In this document: in pieces, positions 8,994 through 19,211 of the stretch
How the letters are laid out: every line of letters begins with the position of its first letter
How positions within the stretch are numbered: position 1 is the first letter of the stretch
Assembly (NCBI GenBank): GCA_965223705.1
Contig: OZ245015.1
Location: 512,001-576,000 of the forward strand
Direction of reading: 5' to 3'
DNA: 64,000 nt
Source: Myxococcota bacterium
GTDB lineage: Bacteria; Myxococcota_A; UBA9160; UBA6930
The notes under the pieces: model-generated
The model's database searches: none
Seen by the model: only the letters and a program-made list of their open reading frames with translations
Told to the model about the DNA's origin: nothing
Program-made: the position numbers and the translations under genes

Positions 8994-9884
8994 ATGTCTG
9001 ACGAGGATCTGATCGGGCCGAGCTCGAACTTCTACATTTCGCAGCGCTTGCGCCTCCACTACGTCGATTGGGGCAATGAAGACGCCCCGCTCCTCCTGCT
9101 GATCCACGGCGGGCGCGATCACGCGCGGAGCTGGGACTGGGCCGCCCGCGAGCTGCGCCGCGACTACCACATCGTGGCGCCCGACCTGCGGGGCCACGGC
9201 GATAGCGCTTGGGCGATCGGCGGGAACTACGGCCTGATGGATTTCGTTCTCGACATCACGCGTCTGGTCGAGGCCCTGGGGGCCGCGCAGTTGCGCGTCG
9301 TGGGTCACTCGCTCGGCGGCAATGTCGCGCTGCATTTCGCCGGTCTGTTTCCCGACCGCGTGAGCCATCTGGTCGCGGTCGAGGGCCTCGGTCCGGCGCC
9401 CGAGATCGTCGCCCAGTACACGCAGCAGCCGGCCAAGGAGCGGCTCCTCGAGTGGATCGAGGCGACTCAAGGGCTCGCGGCGCGCCTGCCGCGACGCTAC
9501 GCGAGCATCGATGAAGCCGCCGACCGCATGCAGACCGAGAACAGCTTCCTCTCCCACGAACAAGCGCGCCACTTGACGGTCCACGGGGTCGCGCGCAACG
9601 AAGACGGCACCTTCAGCTGGAAGTTCGACAACTACGTGCGGGTCTTCTCTCCGGCCAGGCTACGGCTCGACGAGACCGAGGCGCTGTGGTCGCAGATCTC
9701 CGCGCCGACCTTGTTGATGCGCGGCACCGAAAGTTGGGCCAGCGACCCCGAAGAAGACGGACGCGCGCGACATTTTCAGAACGCCCGGGTGGCCAACGTC
9801 GATCGCGCGGGGCACTGGATCCACCACGATCAACTCGACACGTTCCTCGACATCGTCCGGCCGTTTCTCCGGAGCGGCGTCTAG
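8994..9884 (+). CDS. Alpha/beta fold hydrolase
   Basis: HGG oxyanion motif, DLRGHGDS, nucleophile GHSLGG, C-terminal AGHWIHHD. Confidence 0.9.
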   Translation: MSDEDLIGPSSNFYISQRLRLHYVDWGNEDAPLLLLIHGGRDHARSWDWAARELRRDYHIVAPDLRGHGDSAWAIGGNYGLMDFVLDITRLVEALGAAQLRVVGHSLGGNVALHFAGLFPDRVSHLVAVEGLGPAPEIVAQYTQQPAKERLLEWIEATQGLAARLPRRYASIDEAADRMQTENSFLSHEQARHLTVHGVARNEDGTFSWKFDNYVRVFSPARLRLDETEALWSQISAPTLLMRGTESWASDPEEDGRARHFQNARVANVDRAGHWIHHDQLDTFLDIVRPFLRSGV

Positions 9885-10381
9885 GGGTAGTAGACGATGT
9901 TCGCGTCCGCGTGAGCGCAGGGCCGCTCCGAGCCATCGATCTCGAACGCCAAGTGAATACGAACCCGGGCGCGGCCTTCGGGCAGGTAGCGAACGCGTTT
10001 CAAGGTGGCCCGCATTCGGACCCGCGCTCCGCACGGAACCGCCGCCCGCAGCCGCAGGCGCTCGACGCCGGGATTGACCAAGAAGCGCGCGTCCATGACA
10101 TCGATGATCTCGTCCATCAGCATCGGAGCGAGGGAGAGGGTGAGGTAACCGTGCGCGATCGTGCCGCCGAACGGAGAATCCGTTCGCGCGCGCTCGGGAT
10201 CGGTGTGAATCCACTGCTCGTCGCCGGTGGCCCGCGCGAACGCATTGATTCTGTCCTGGGTGATCTCGTGCCACGCGGACACCCCGAGCTCTTTGTCGAG
10301 GTACTGCTCGAGGTCCGCGATGTGCAGTCGTAACGTCAGCGTTCGCTCCGTCAACCCGTGCTCACGCTGGCGCGAGCTCAT
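9881..10381 (-). CDS. MaoC/NodN-family dehydratase
   Basis: FARATGDEQWIHTDPERA..SPFGGTIAHGYLTLSL. Confidence 0.9.
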   Translation of the reverse strand: MSSRQREHGLTERTLTLRLHIADLEQYLDKELGVSAWHEITQDRINAFARATGDEQWIHTDPERARTDSPFGGTIAHGYLTLSLAPMLMDEIIDVMDARFLVNPGVERLRLRAAVPCGARVRMRATLKRVRYLPEGRARVRIHLAFEIDGSERPCAHADANIVYYP

Positions 10382-10390
10382 GCCGGGGCG

Positions 10391-12505
10391 CTAGCGGGGG
10401 AAGGCCTCGGGAATGCCGCCGTCGATCGGCAGCGTCGCCCCCGTCGTTGGCGTTTGATAGCTCGCGAAGAAGACGACCGCTCGCCCGACGTGCCTCGCTT
10501 CGATCCGCGTCTTCAGGAGGTTGCGTTCTTGGTAGTACTCGGGCAGCGCGTCAGTCGGGAGTCCTCGCCGCTTGGCGCGTTCGGGGCCGACTTCACTCCA
10601 GAGTCCCGATCGAACGTCGTCGGCGCTGAAAATCGCGTCGGCGTTGATCAGGTTGACCCGGACACCGAGGGGCGCGAGCTCCATCGCCGCGATTTTCGAG
10701 ATTTGGGTCGCAGCGGCCTTGCTCGCGCTGTAGGCGCCGAATTCCTCGCCCGGGGCGAAGACATTCTTCGATGCGTTGACGACCACATGACCGCCCGTGC
10801 CCTGGACGCGGAACACGCGGGCGGCTTCGCGGATGGTGTTCAGAACGCCCAGGTAGTTCACGTCCGCGACGCGCCGAGCGTGCTCTCCCGAAAGGGCTTC
10901 GATGCGCTCGACCAAGGCGACTCCCGCGTTCGGGACGACGAGATCGACCCCGCCGAAGGCGATGCACGCATCCTCGAAACCTCGGCGGACCGACGCGTCG
11001 TCGGTGACGTCCATCGCGATGGCGACGGCGCTGTCGGGCCCCGCCTCGGTGCAGATCGCGTCGGCACATTGTTGCGCGCCGACACCGTCGAGATCGGCGA
11101 CCACGATATGGGCACCGGCCGCCGCGCATTCCGAAGCGATCCCCCGTGCGATGGCCCCCGCGCCGCCGGTGACCAGCGCGACTTGGCCTTCCAGAGGTCG
11201 CGCCGAGCGACCTTGTAGTTTCGCCTGCTCGAGGCTCCAGTATTCCATCTCGAAAAGATCGGCCGGCGCGAGCGACTCGTAGCCGCCCACGGCCTCGGCC
11301 AGAGCCTTCGTTCGGAGGGTGTGTCGCGTGATATCCGACGCGATACGGGCGTCGCGAGCGGAAGTGCCAAAACACAGCGCCCCGGCACCGGGAAGCAGGA
11401 TCACGCGCGGAGCGGAATCGAGCTTCGTTTTTTCAGAAGACGCGCTGCGGGCGTGCTCTTCGAAGTAGTGGTCGTACTCGAGCCGGTAGCTCGCGACGGC
11501 CTCGCGAAGTTGCTTCTCGAGAGCCTCCTCGTCGTCCCAGGCCGGGTCGGCGATGAACAGTGGGAGGGATTTCGTGCGGATCACGTGATCGGGTGTGATA
11601 GGACCGCGGCGCACCAGGGAACGCGCTTCCTCGCTCGCACAAAACGCGAGAACGTCGGGCTCGCCGCACCAGTGGGCGACGACGCGTCGGAAGCCCTGGT
11701 CCGTCTCGACCGGCTCGGCCAACAACCCCCGAAGCCTCGGCGCGGCTGCGGCGACGAGCTCACGCGGCTCGCGAGAAGGTTTCGGGAAACGCTGCGTAAA
11801 GAGCGTCCGCTCGCTCCGGCGGGCAGCCAGGAATTGTTCCACCTCGTCGACGAGGCGGATGTGGTTCTCGTACGAGGTCCTCGCGTCGGGGCCGAAACTG
11901 AACAGGCCGTGCTTTACCAGAACGACACCGATGACGCCTTGTGCGGCGTCCACTGCGTCGGCGACGGCTTTCGCGAGCGGGAAGCCGGGCATGATGTAGG
12001 GCAGGACCGCGACGGAATCGCCGAGCGCTTCCCGTGCAAGCTCGAGGCCATCCGGCTGATCCGTCAGCGCAAGGATCGCGTCCGCGTGACTGTGGTCGAC
12101 GAACGCGTGCGGCAAGAACGCGTGCAGCAGGGTTTCGACCGAAGGGTTGGGCGAGCTCGCGTCGAGGAGATGTGTTCTGAGCTCGTTCACCATGGCCTCG
12201 TCCGATAGCTCGGTGAGGCTTCGCAACTTGCGGAGATACGCGAGATCGAGCCCCGGTAGATCCGCGGGAGCGACCGCGTCGAGCGAGGTCCCGGACCCTT
12301 TCACGAACAGCGCTTCGATTTCTTCGCCGAGGATGTTCCGCGCGACGGTCTTGACCGACGTGTTGCCGCCGCCGTGTAGAACCAGCTCCGGATCGACGCC
12401 GATCAGGCGCGACGTGTAGACGCGAAGGGCCAACGCTTCGCCGTAGGTCTTGCCGTAGCGGTCCACCGCCTCTTGGGCAGCTCCATCGTCCCAACGGCTT
12501 TTCAC
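10391..12505 (-). CDS. Bifunctional class II aldolase / short-chain dehydrogenase (rhamnulose-1-phosphate aldolase-SDR type)
   Basis: LVLHGGGNTSVK, PSVETLLH, DHSHAD, KHGL, TPDHVIRTK, EYWSLEQAKL, then SDR TGGAGAIA, NAG, YSASKAA; GTG start at 12505. Confidence 0.9.
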   Translation of the reverse strand: MKSRWDDGAAQEAVDRYGKTYGEALALRVYTSRLIGVDPELVLHGGGNTSVKTVARNILGEEIEALFVKGSGTSLDAVAPADLPGLDLAYLRKLRSLTELSDEAMVNELRTHLLDASSPNPSVETLLHAFLPHAFVDHSHADAILALTDQPDGLELAREALGDSVAVLPYIMPGFPLAKAVADAVDAAQGVIGVVLVKHGLFSFGPDARTSYENHIRLVDEVEQFLAARRSERTLFTQRFPKPSREPRELVAAAAPRLRGLLAEPVETDQGFRRVVAHWCGEPDVLAFCASEEARSLVRRGPITPDHVIRTKSLPLFIADPAWDDEEALEKQLREAVASYRLEYDHYFEEHARSASSEKTKLDSAPRVILLPGAGALCFGTSARDARIASDITRHTLRTKALAEAVGGYESLAPADLFEMEYWSLEQAKLQGRSARPLEGQVALVTGGAGAIARGIASECAAAGAHIVVADLDGVGAQQCADAICTEAGPDSAVAIAMDVTDDASVRRGFEDACIAFGGVDLVVPNAGVALVERIEALSGEHARRVADVNYLGVLNTIREAARVFRVQGTGGHVVVNASKNVFAPGEEFGAYSASKAAATQISKIAAMELAPLGVRVNLINADAIFSADDVRSGLWSEVGPERAKRRGLPTDALPEYYQERNLLKTRIEARHVGRAVVFFASYQTPTTGATLPIDGGIPEAFPR

Positions 12506-12562
12506 GTCGCTTTCCCTTCTTCGATTCGACGGTCCTGCAACCCGAGTATACCCTCCACAAGA

Positions 12563-13396
12563 ATGAGGATTCGGCTCGGCCTCCACTACGACGTCCGCGA
12601 ACCGGCGGGGAGTCCCGAGTCGGTGTCGAAGCTCCACCGCGATCTGCTTCGGCACGTGACGGAGCTCGAGGAACACGATCTCGACATCGCTTGGTTGGCC
12701 GAGCATCCGGCGGACCCCGATGCGGCGATCCCGTCAGCGCTCATGTTGTGCGCCGCGATCGGCCCGGCGACGAAACGGCTGCGTTTTGGTACCGGGGTTT
12801 TGCCGCTTCCGCTCTATCACCCGCTGCGCGTCGCCGAAGATGCGGCGACGATCGACGGCATCGCAGAAGGTCGCTTCGAGCTCGGGGTCGGACTCGGCGG
12901 CGAGCGCGAGGGGTTCCAGGGGTTCGGGATCGAAGCCAGGGAGCGCAGCACGCGACTCGAAGAGTCGATTACTTTGCTGCGCCAGGCCTGGTCGAGCGAA
13001 CCTGTCCAGTTCGCGGGCAGCCATTTCGATATCGAGGACATTTCCGTCGTGCCGAAACCCGTCCAACCCGGCGGCCCTCCGCTCTGGGTGGGGGCGGTGG
13101 CGCGGGAAGCGCAACGCCGCGCGGCTCGGTTCGGGGCCGGGCTTTTCCTCCCCGAGAGCGCTTCGACCGACGCCTACACCGAGGCGTGGTCGGAGACAGG
13201 ACAAGCGAAAGGGCAGGCGCGGATCGCATTCCTGCTGGAGGGCGGCGGCGAATCGGTGGCGGTCGAACGGCTGCGGGGGCTCGGCGACTGCGTCGGCGCG
13301 GTCGATGTGGTGACGCCTGCCTATCGCGACGGCGCTCTGCTCGGGCCCGCCGAACTCGACGCGTTCGCAACGCAGTGGCGGAACGCGCTCCGCTAA
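12563..13396 (+). CDS. LLM-class (luciferase-like) flavin-dependent oxidoreductase, short
   Basis: WLAEH, LPLYHPLRVAEDAATID..GRFELGVG.G, PKPVQPGGPPLWVG. Confidence 0.85.
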   Translation: MRIRLGLHYDVREPAGSPESVSKLHRDLLRHVTELEEHDLDIAWLAEHPADPDAAIPSALMLCAAIGPATKRLRFGTGVLPLPLYHPLRVAEDAATIDGIAEGRFELGVGLGGEREGFQGFGIEARERSTRLEESITLLRQAWSSEPVQFAGSHFDIEDISVVPKPVQPGGPPLWVGAVAREAQRRAARFGAGLFLPESASTDAYTEAWSETGQAKGQARIAFLLEGGGESVAVERLRGLGDCVGAVDVVTPAYRDGALLGPAELDAFATQWRNALR

Positions 13397-13403
13397 CCCG
13401 GCA

Positions 13404-14828
13404 CTAGCCCGACGCGAGACTCGCGTTGTCTTCTTCGCCGCTGATGGCCTTCTTGAACGCATTGAGCAGCGCGCGGCGAACCGTGGCCTGGTCCGCGCGG
13501 CCATACACTTTGCGGAACGCCGCTTGAGGGACGATGCCTTTGGCCATCGAGCGGTGACCGCCTCCCACGCCGAGCCCCTCGACCACGGCGCGTACGACTT
13601 CCCCCGCCGCTCGCACGTAGCCGACGTTGCGCACGGAGAAGACCAGATCCGACCCCACGACTCCGACCGCGACGGCCCATTCGGCGCCTTCCGCCTGAAG
13701 CCCGAGCTCTGCGACCTGGGGAATCACGTCCTCGCGGACGCGGCCGAGAACCAAGAGGTGGATGCCTTCCTCGACCTTCGTCCGGGAGAGGGCTCGGCCG
13801 AGTGCGCGAAGCCCGGCTTCCGGCAGAGCGGGTCTCTCGATGCGGCGCAGCAGGGCGGGGCTGTAGCAGGAATGGAGGTAGGCGAACGCCTCCATATCGG
13901 CAGCGCTCGTGTCGCGACCCAGGAGCTGCGTGTCGCTCTTCACGCCGTAGAGGAGTGCTGTCGCGAGCTTCTGCCGCATTTCGACACCGGCGGCGCGCAT
14001 GTATTCGGTCAAGATCGTCGCCGTCGCTCCGTAGCTCGTGCGAATGTCTTTGATGACCGTGTCATAGCCGGGACGTTCGGGGTGATGGTCGATCACGACG
14101 TCGACCGACAGCACCCGAGCGGGGGGGCTCTCGCCGAAAACCGTGGGCTGCACGTCGACCAACGCCAGGCCGTCGAACTCGTCGAGTTCGTCCGGAGTGA
14201 TCGTCCGCACTTCGATCCCCAGGGCTTCCACCATCGCCCGGTTTTCGGGTCGCTGTACTTCGCCAAACGACACCAGGGGCGCGGTGGGCGCTTTGCGTCC
14301 CAAGATGGCGCGCAGCCCGAACCCACAGGCGATTCCGTCCGGATCCGGATCGGGCTGGAGCAGGATCCCGATCTTTTCGCGACTGCCGAGCAACTGCCGA
14401 AGCTCGACGACACGGCGCAAATTCGTGACGTGGTGGAACTCGTGATGGACGTCGTCGCGGACCTGCGTGCGAAGCCCGGTGAGTCGCAGGCAAGGATGAT
14501 CCGGCAACTCATCGCGGGGCGCGCGATCGGACATCACCAGCACGGAGCAATCGTTCGCCGCACCGATTGCCGACACGGCGGCGCGAATGAACGGGAGCTC
14601 TTCCGAAACCACCGCGAAGATGTCGGTGGATTTCGTCTCGAGCTTCTCGATCGCGTCTTGCGAGAGCCCGCCGGGCAGCGCACGGAACCCCGGAGGTCTC
14701 GCGCGCGATTCGTCCTCGCGCGGGACCCAGAGGAGTTCTTCGGATTCGTCGGAACCGATGCGCGCCCAGAAGCGCGCGAGCTCGGCTCCGTCGCAGAGTA
14801 CGAATCGTCGACTGGTATCGGTCGGCAG
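13404..14828 (-). CDS. DHH family phosphoesterase (NrnA-like) with N-terminal extension
   Basis: PDPDG, LVD, IDHH, GATATI, YGVKSDT, FSVR, GGGH motifs; frame stays open upstream of GTG 14612 to a TAA near 14870; CTG at 14828 proposed as start (uncertain). Confidence 0.85.
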   Translation of the reverse strand: MPTDTSRRFVLCDGAELARFWARIGSDESEELLWVPREDESRARPPGFRALPGGLSQDAIEKLETKSTDIFAVVSEELPFIRAAVSAIGAANDCSVLVMSDRAPRDELPDHPCLRLTGLRTQVRDDVHHEFHHVTNLRRVVELRQLLGSREKIGILLQPDPDPDGIACGFGLRAILGRKAPTAPLVSFGEVQRPENRAMVEALGIEVRTITPDELDEFDGLALVDVQPTVFGESPPARVLSVDVVIDHHPERPGYDTVIKDIRTSYGATATILTEYMRAAGVEMRQKLATALLYGVKSDTQLLGRDTSAADMEAFAYLHSCYSPALLRRIERPALPEAGLRALGRALSRTKVEEGIHLLVLGRVREDVIPQVAELGLQAEGAEWAVAVGVVGSDLVFSVRNVGYVRAAGEVVRAVVEGLGVGGGHRSMAKGIVPQAAFRKVYGRADQATVRRALLNAFKKAISGEEDNASLASG

Positions 14829-14941
14829 AAGGCCCCCGTTTCGCCGCGGTGGTCGGACCGAGGGAGCTTAGCGGAACGGGGGCCTCTGCCGCGCTCTCGG
14901 ATTCCCCCCTGGGAGATGAATAAGCCGCTACACATCGACAC

Positions 14942-15781
14942 GTGCAACCGGTGTTTATCGGAGATGTCCAGGGGTGTGCGGCCGAGCTCGACGCTCTGCT
15001 GGCTCGAGCCAAACAGAGTTTCGGGAAGAAGTGCGCGTTCTGGTTCGTCGGCGATCTCGTGAACCGCGGGCCCGACAACATCGGGGTGCTCGCGCGGGTG
15101 AGGGAACTCCACGAAGCGGGGCGCGCCCACTGCGTGCTGGGAAACCACGACCTGCACTTTTTGGCCGCCTACTGGGGGCTGCGCGGGCTCGGGCCCACCG
15201 ACACGATCGGAGATTTGCTCGACCGCGCCGACGCATCCGAATGGGTCGACTGGCTGCGCCGGCTCCCCGTAGCGATCCTCGGGAAGCTGTCGAAGCGCCC
15301 CTTTGTTCTGGTCCACGCCGGGGTTCATCCCGACTGGGGCGTCGCGGAGATCCGGAATCGCGCCCGGCGCATCGGCGCCAAGCTCGCCGGAGACGAAACC
15401 CAGGCTCGTACATTTCTCGCACGTACCGCCTCGCCCGGGTCGCTACGGGACGATCTCGCCCGTATGACGAACGCGCGCGCGGTCGACGGGGATGCCTGGA
15501 CCAAAGGGGAGCCCGTTTCGAAGCAGCAGCCCTGGCATCAGCCATGGCGCAAGGCAAAGCACGACTACGCCATCGTCTACGGGCACTGGGCGACCCAGGG
15601 TCTGCATGTTAAAAAAGGCCTCAGAGGGCTCGATACGGGGTGCGTTCACCACGGCCGTAGTGGTGATCGCGCGCTCACGGCTTGGTTGCCCGATCTGGCC
15701 CGCTCTGATCCGTTCGCCCTTCCGGACGAGGGTTTTTGGCGCGAGCGCGCGCATCGGCGATACCTCCCGTCGACGCTCTAG
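14942..15781 (+). CDS. apaH: Symmetrical bis(5'-nucleosyl)-tetraphosphatase (Ap4A hydrolase)
   Basis: IGDVQGC, VGDLVNRGP, LGNHDLH, VHAG.HP.W, YGHWA, LDTGC. Confidence 0.88.
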   Translation: MQPVFIGDVQGCAAELDALLARAKQSFGKKCAFWFVGDLVNRGPDNIGVLARVRELHEAGRAHCVLGNHDLHFLAAYWGLRGLGPTDTIGDLLDRADASEWVDWLRRLPVAILGKLSKRPFVLVHAGVHPDWGVAEIRNRARRIGAKLAGDETQARTFLARTASPGSLRDDLARMTNARAVDGDAWTKGEPVSKQQPWHQPWRKAKHDYAIVYGHWATQGLHVKKGLRGLDTGCVHHGRSGDRALTAWLPDLARSDPFALPDEGFWRERAHRRYLPSTL

Positions 15782-15829
15782 CGTTTTACGTTCTCCGTTT
15801 GTCCGGCAAGCCGCGCTACAATGCCCCGG

Positions 15830-16102
15830 ATGCCCCGCGTGGTTATTCCGCCGCCCTATCGAGGCCCGACCGGCGGCCTCGCTGAAGTCCAAGTCGAAGG
15901 TGAATCCGTCGGAGCTTGCCTCCGGGCGGCGGCGGAAGCCCACCCGGGGCTCGGGGAGCTGATGCTTGACGGAGGGGGCGCGATCCATCATTTCGTCAAC
16001 GTGTTTTTGAACGGTGACAAGCTCGCGAAGGGCACCGCGCTGGATACGCCGGTGGGCCCGGACGACGCCGTAGAAGTGATTTCCGCCATCGCCGGCGGTT
16101 AG
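15830..16102 (+). CDS. moaD: MoaD/ThiS ubiquitin-like sulfur carrier
   Basis: Beta-grasp-sized ORF with VNVFLNG and C-terminal AIAGG; first gene of the AOR cluster. Confidence 0.85.
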   Translation: MPRVVIPPPYRGPTGGLAEVQVEGESVGACLRAAAEAHPGLGELMLDGGGAIHHFVNVFLNGDKLAKGTALDTPVGPDDAVEVISAIAGG

Positions 16103-16136
16103 GGAACCAGTTGGGCAACCAGGAGGGGAGTTTACG

Positions 16137-17855
16137 ATGAGTGGCGACCGGATGATCTATGTCGATATGACCGAGCAAAAGGCCTGGACGGAGGACTTCC
16201 CGAAAGAATGGGAGCTTCTGGGTGGCCGCGGACTCTCGGCCAAGATTCTGTTGAAAGAGTGCGACCCGACCTGCGATCCGCTCGGTCCGGACAACGTGCT
16301 CGTCATGGCGCCGGGCGTTCTCGGTGGCAGCGCCGCGCCGACTTCCGGACGGATCTCGATCGGTGGCAAGAGTCCTCTCACGGGTGGGATCAAAGAAGCG
16401 AACACCGGCGGTCAACCCGGTCAGCATCTGATGAAACTCGGCTACCGCGCGATCGTGGTGAAGGGACAACCGTCGGATCCGAATGCCCGGTACGCCCTCG
16501 AGGTGACGACGGACGGACTCGCGGTCGTTCCCGCCGACGAGTTCAAGGGTATGTGGAACTACGCGCTGTGCGAGGAGCTGCACGGGCGCTACCCGAAGAC
16601 CGCGTCGTTCATCAGCTGTGGGCCCGCGGGCGAGTTGCGCCTCAAAGGCGCCTCCGTCGCGACCACCGATCAGGACAATCGGTTCCCGGCGCGCCACGCG
16701 GCGCGCGGTGGTCTCGGCGCCGTGATGGGCAGCAAGGGCCTCAAGTACGTCGCGATCGACCCCGGCAAAGCGAGCACCCGGCAGCCGGCGGATCGGAAGC
16801 AGTTCGGAGAGCTGTGCAAGAGCTACTCGAAGGAATATTTGAGCGGCGAATTGATGTTCAAGTTCGGAACCAGCGCCGTGGTACCGGTCGCGAACATGCT
16901 GCACACGTTCCCGTACAAGAACCGCACGTCGGGCCAGTCCCCGGATGTCGAGACCTTGGACGGAAAGAACATCGTCGCGACGTTCGAAGAACGCGGCGGC
17001 GGCATGCACAACTGCCTGACGGGCTGCATCGTGAAGTGCAGCAACATCGTCCACGACTCGGAGGGCAAGTACAAGACGTCGGCGCTCGAGTTTGAGACGC
17101 TGACGTTGCTCGGCGCGAACTGCGCCGTCTCCGATTGGGAAGACGTCGCGGATCTCGACCGTCTGTGCGACGAGATCGGCCTCGACACCGTCGAGACGGG
17201 TGCCGCGATCGCGGTCTACATGGACGCCGGCAAGCTCGAGTGGGGCGACGCAGCGGGCATGAAGAACCTGATGAAGGAAATCGCGGAAGGCACCGAGGTC
17301 GGTTGCGCGATCGGAAACGGAGCAGCCGCGACGGGCGCCTACTGCGGTCACGCGCGTGTCCCGACGGGTAAGGGGCAAGCTCTCCCGGCTTGGGATCCCC
17401 GTCCGCTGAAGGCGACGGGAGTGACGTACTGCACGAGTGCGATGGGCGCCGATCACACCGCCGGTCTGATCATCAACCCGGGTCTCAAGCCCGATCAATA
17501 CGCTTGGGAATCGCAGAAAGTGCAGATCGTGAACGCGGTTTGTGACACGTCCGGGTTCTGTCAGTTCCTGCAGCCGAACATGGACGACATCCGGGGCTTC
17601 TTCGGGGCGATGATTGGCCGCGAAGTGAGCCGCGAAGAGATCGCCGACCTCGGTTGGCAGGTGCTCTCGGACGAGTGGGCGTTCAATGACGCGGCGGGCT
17701 TTACCGTCGCCGACGATATCCTCGCTCCTTGTTTGTCCGAGGACGCGATCGGCGCAGAGCCCACGGTGTTCGATGTCCCGCAAGACATCATCCAGGCGGC
17801 GAAGAAGCGCATGCCGAATCAGGACGATCTGTTTACGGCTCGCGCCGCCGGCTAG
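16137..17855 (+). CDS. aor: Aldehyde:ferredoxin oxidoreductase (AOR family, tungstopterin)
   Basis: GGRG, KSPLTG..EAN.GG, GLGAVMGSKGLK, Fe-S ligands CLTGCIVKC and GFC, EFET, DEIGLD; SD AGGAGG. Confidence 0.92.
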   Translation: MSGDRMIYVDMTEQKAWTEDFPKEWELLGGRGLSAKILLKECDPTCDPLGPDNVLVMAPGVLGGSAAPTSGRISIGGKSPLTGGIKEANTGGQPGQHLMKLGYRAIVVKGQPSDPNARYALEVTTDGLAVVPADEFKGMWNYALCEELHGRYPKTASFISCGPAGELRLKGASVATTDQDNRFPARHAARGGLGAVMGSKGLKYVAIDPGKASTRQPADRKQFGELCKSYSKEYLSGELMFKFGTSAVVPVANMLHTFPYKNRTSGQSPDVETLDGKNIVATFEERGGGMHNCLTGCIVKCSNIVHDSEGKYKTSALEFETLTLLGANCAVSDWEDVADLDRLCDEIGLDTVETGAAIAVYMDAGKLEWGDAAGMKNLMKEIAEGTEVGCAIGNGAAATGAYCGHARVPTGKGQALPAWDPRPLKATGVTYCTSAMGADHTAGLIINPGLKPDQYAWESQKVQIVNAVCDTSGFCQFLQPNMDDIRGFFGAMIGREVSREEIADLGWQVLSDEWAFNDAAGFTVADDILAPCLSEDAIGAEPTVFDVPQDIIQAAKKRMPNQDDLFTARAAG

Positions 17856-17871
17856 TCGCGAAGCTCGCCGA

Positions 17872-17897
17872 GGGTGGCCTGCAAGTGCAGGCCACCC
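17872..17897. terminator. Perfect inverted repeat between aor and moeA (hairpin without a U-tract)
   Basis: GGGTGGCCTGCA-AG-TGCAGGCCACCC. Confidence 0.5.
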
Positions 17898-17963
17898 CTC
17901 GCGCAGGCGGTTCGCCGCACGGAGCGGGTCGCCGGATAGACGGATAGGATAGACGGGCAAAGA

Positions 17964-19211
17964 ATGGACGATGTTCGGATGCGCGGTTTTACGGCGCGCG
18001 CGGACGTCGCGGACGTGCTGGCGTACATCGAGCGGACCGCCGCGCCGAAGAGCTCGGAGCCGGTCCCGCTGCGAGAAGCTGCGGGTCGCGTGCTTTCCGC
18101 GGATGTTGTCGCGGGCGCGGACGTGCCGGGGTTCGCGCGCTCCGCGATGGACGGTTTCGCCGTGCGCGGCGAAGAGACCTTCGGCGCATCCGACTACGAA
18201 CCCGTCGCTCTGCGCGTGGTCGGCGAGAGCTTTCCCGGCAACCCCTTTCCCGGGGACACCCCGTCCGGTTGCGCCGTAAAGATCATGACGGGCGCGCCAC
18301 TCCCGAGCGGCGCGGACGCCGTCGTGCGTGCCGAGGTGTGCCGACTCCGCGACGCGACCGTCGAAATCACGGAAGCCGTACCGCCGCAAAAGAACGTCGG
18401 CGTCGTCGGCGAAGACATTCGCAAGGGCGATTTGCTGCTCCGCGTCGGGCGACGTCTGCGACCGCAGGATATCGGCGTGCTCTCGTCGGTCGGGATCGCC
18501 CGGATTCCGTGCGTGGAGCGCCCCCGCGTCGCCTTGATCATCACCGGGGACGAACTGCTCCCGGCGGGTACGCCGCCGCAGGGCGCGCATATCGCCGACA
18601 GCAACTCCGTCATGCTCGCGGCACTCGTCGAACGCGACGGCGGCGCGGTGTTACCCTACGACATCCTCCCCGATCGCCCGGACACCATTCGCGCGGCGAT
18701 CGAAGACGCGGGAGCGGACGTTCTCCTGGTTTCCGGCGGCAGCTCCGTCGGCCAGGAAGATCACGCGCCGCGCCTGGTCGCTTCGCTCGGTCGGCTCGAC
18801 TATCACGGCATTGCGATGCGTCCGTCGAGCCCCGCCGGCGTCGGACGCCTACCGGGGCCGGACGGTGAGCGTTGGGTGTTCTTGTTGCCGGGGAATCCCG
18901 TGAGTTGCTTGTGCGCCTACGAGTTTTTCGCCGGACCGACCGTGCGCGTTCTCGGGGGCCGCAGCGCCGCCTGGCCTCACCGTCGGGTAACGCTTCCCCT
19001 CGAGCGGAAGATCAGCTCCGAGGTGGGTCGCGTCGATTACGTCCGCGTCGCGATCGAAAACGATCGGGTGGTTCCACTGGCGACGTCCGGCGCCTCGATT
19101 CTCTCGTCGACCGTGCGAGCGGCGGGTTGTGTGATCGTGGACCGCGACGCGGAGGGAATGGCGGAAGACACACCCGTCGAGGTGCTCCTCTACGACGAGG
19201 TCGGCCGGTGA
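17964..19211 (+). CDS. moeA: Molybdopterin molybdo/tungsto-transferase MoeA
   Basis: SAMDGFAV, IMTGAPLPSGADAVV, TGDEL, DSN, SGGSSVG, LPGNPVS. Confidence 0.94.
   Translation: MDDVRMRGFTARADVADVLAYIERTAAPKSSEPVPLREAAGRVLSADVVAGADVPGFARSAMDGFAVRGEETFGASDYEPVALRVVGESFPGNPFPGDTPSGCAVKIMTGAPLPSGADAVVRAEVCRLRDATVEITEAVPPQKNVGVVGEDIRKGDLLLRVGRRLRPQDIGVLSSVGIARIPCVERPRVALIITGDELLPAGTPPQGAHIADSNSVMLAALVERDGGAVLPYDILPDRPDTIRAAIEDAGADVLLVSGGSSVGQEDHAPRLVASLGRLDYHGIAMRPSSPAGVGRLPGPDGERWVFLLPGNPVSCLCAYEFFAGPTVRVLGGRSAAWPHRRVTLPLERKISSEVGRVDYVRVAIENDRVVPLATSGASILSSTVRAAGCVIVDRDAEGMAEDTPVEVLLYDEVGR

Noticed and set aside
15996..18590. 864-aa minus-strand ORF
   Set aside because: Antisense shadow of aor/moeA; long stop-free antisense frames are expected at high GC and it has no recognisable motifs
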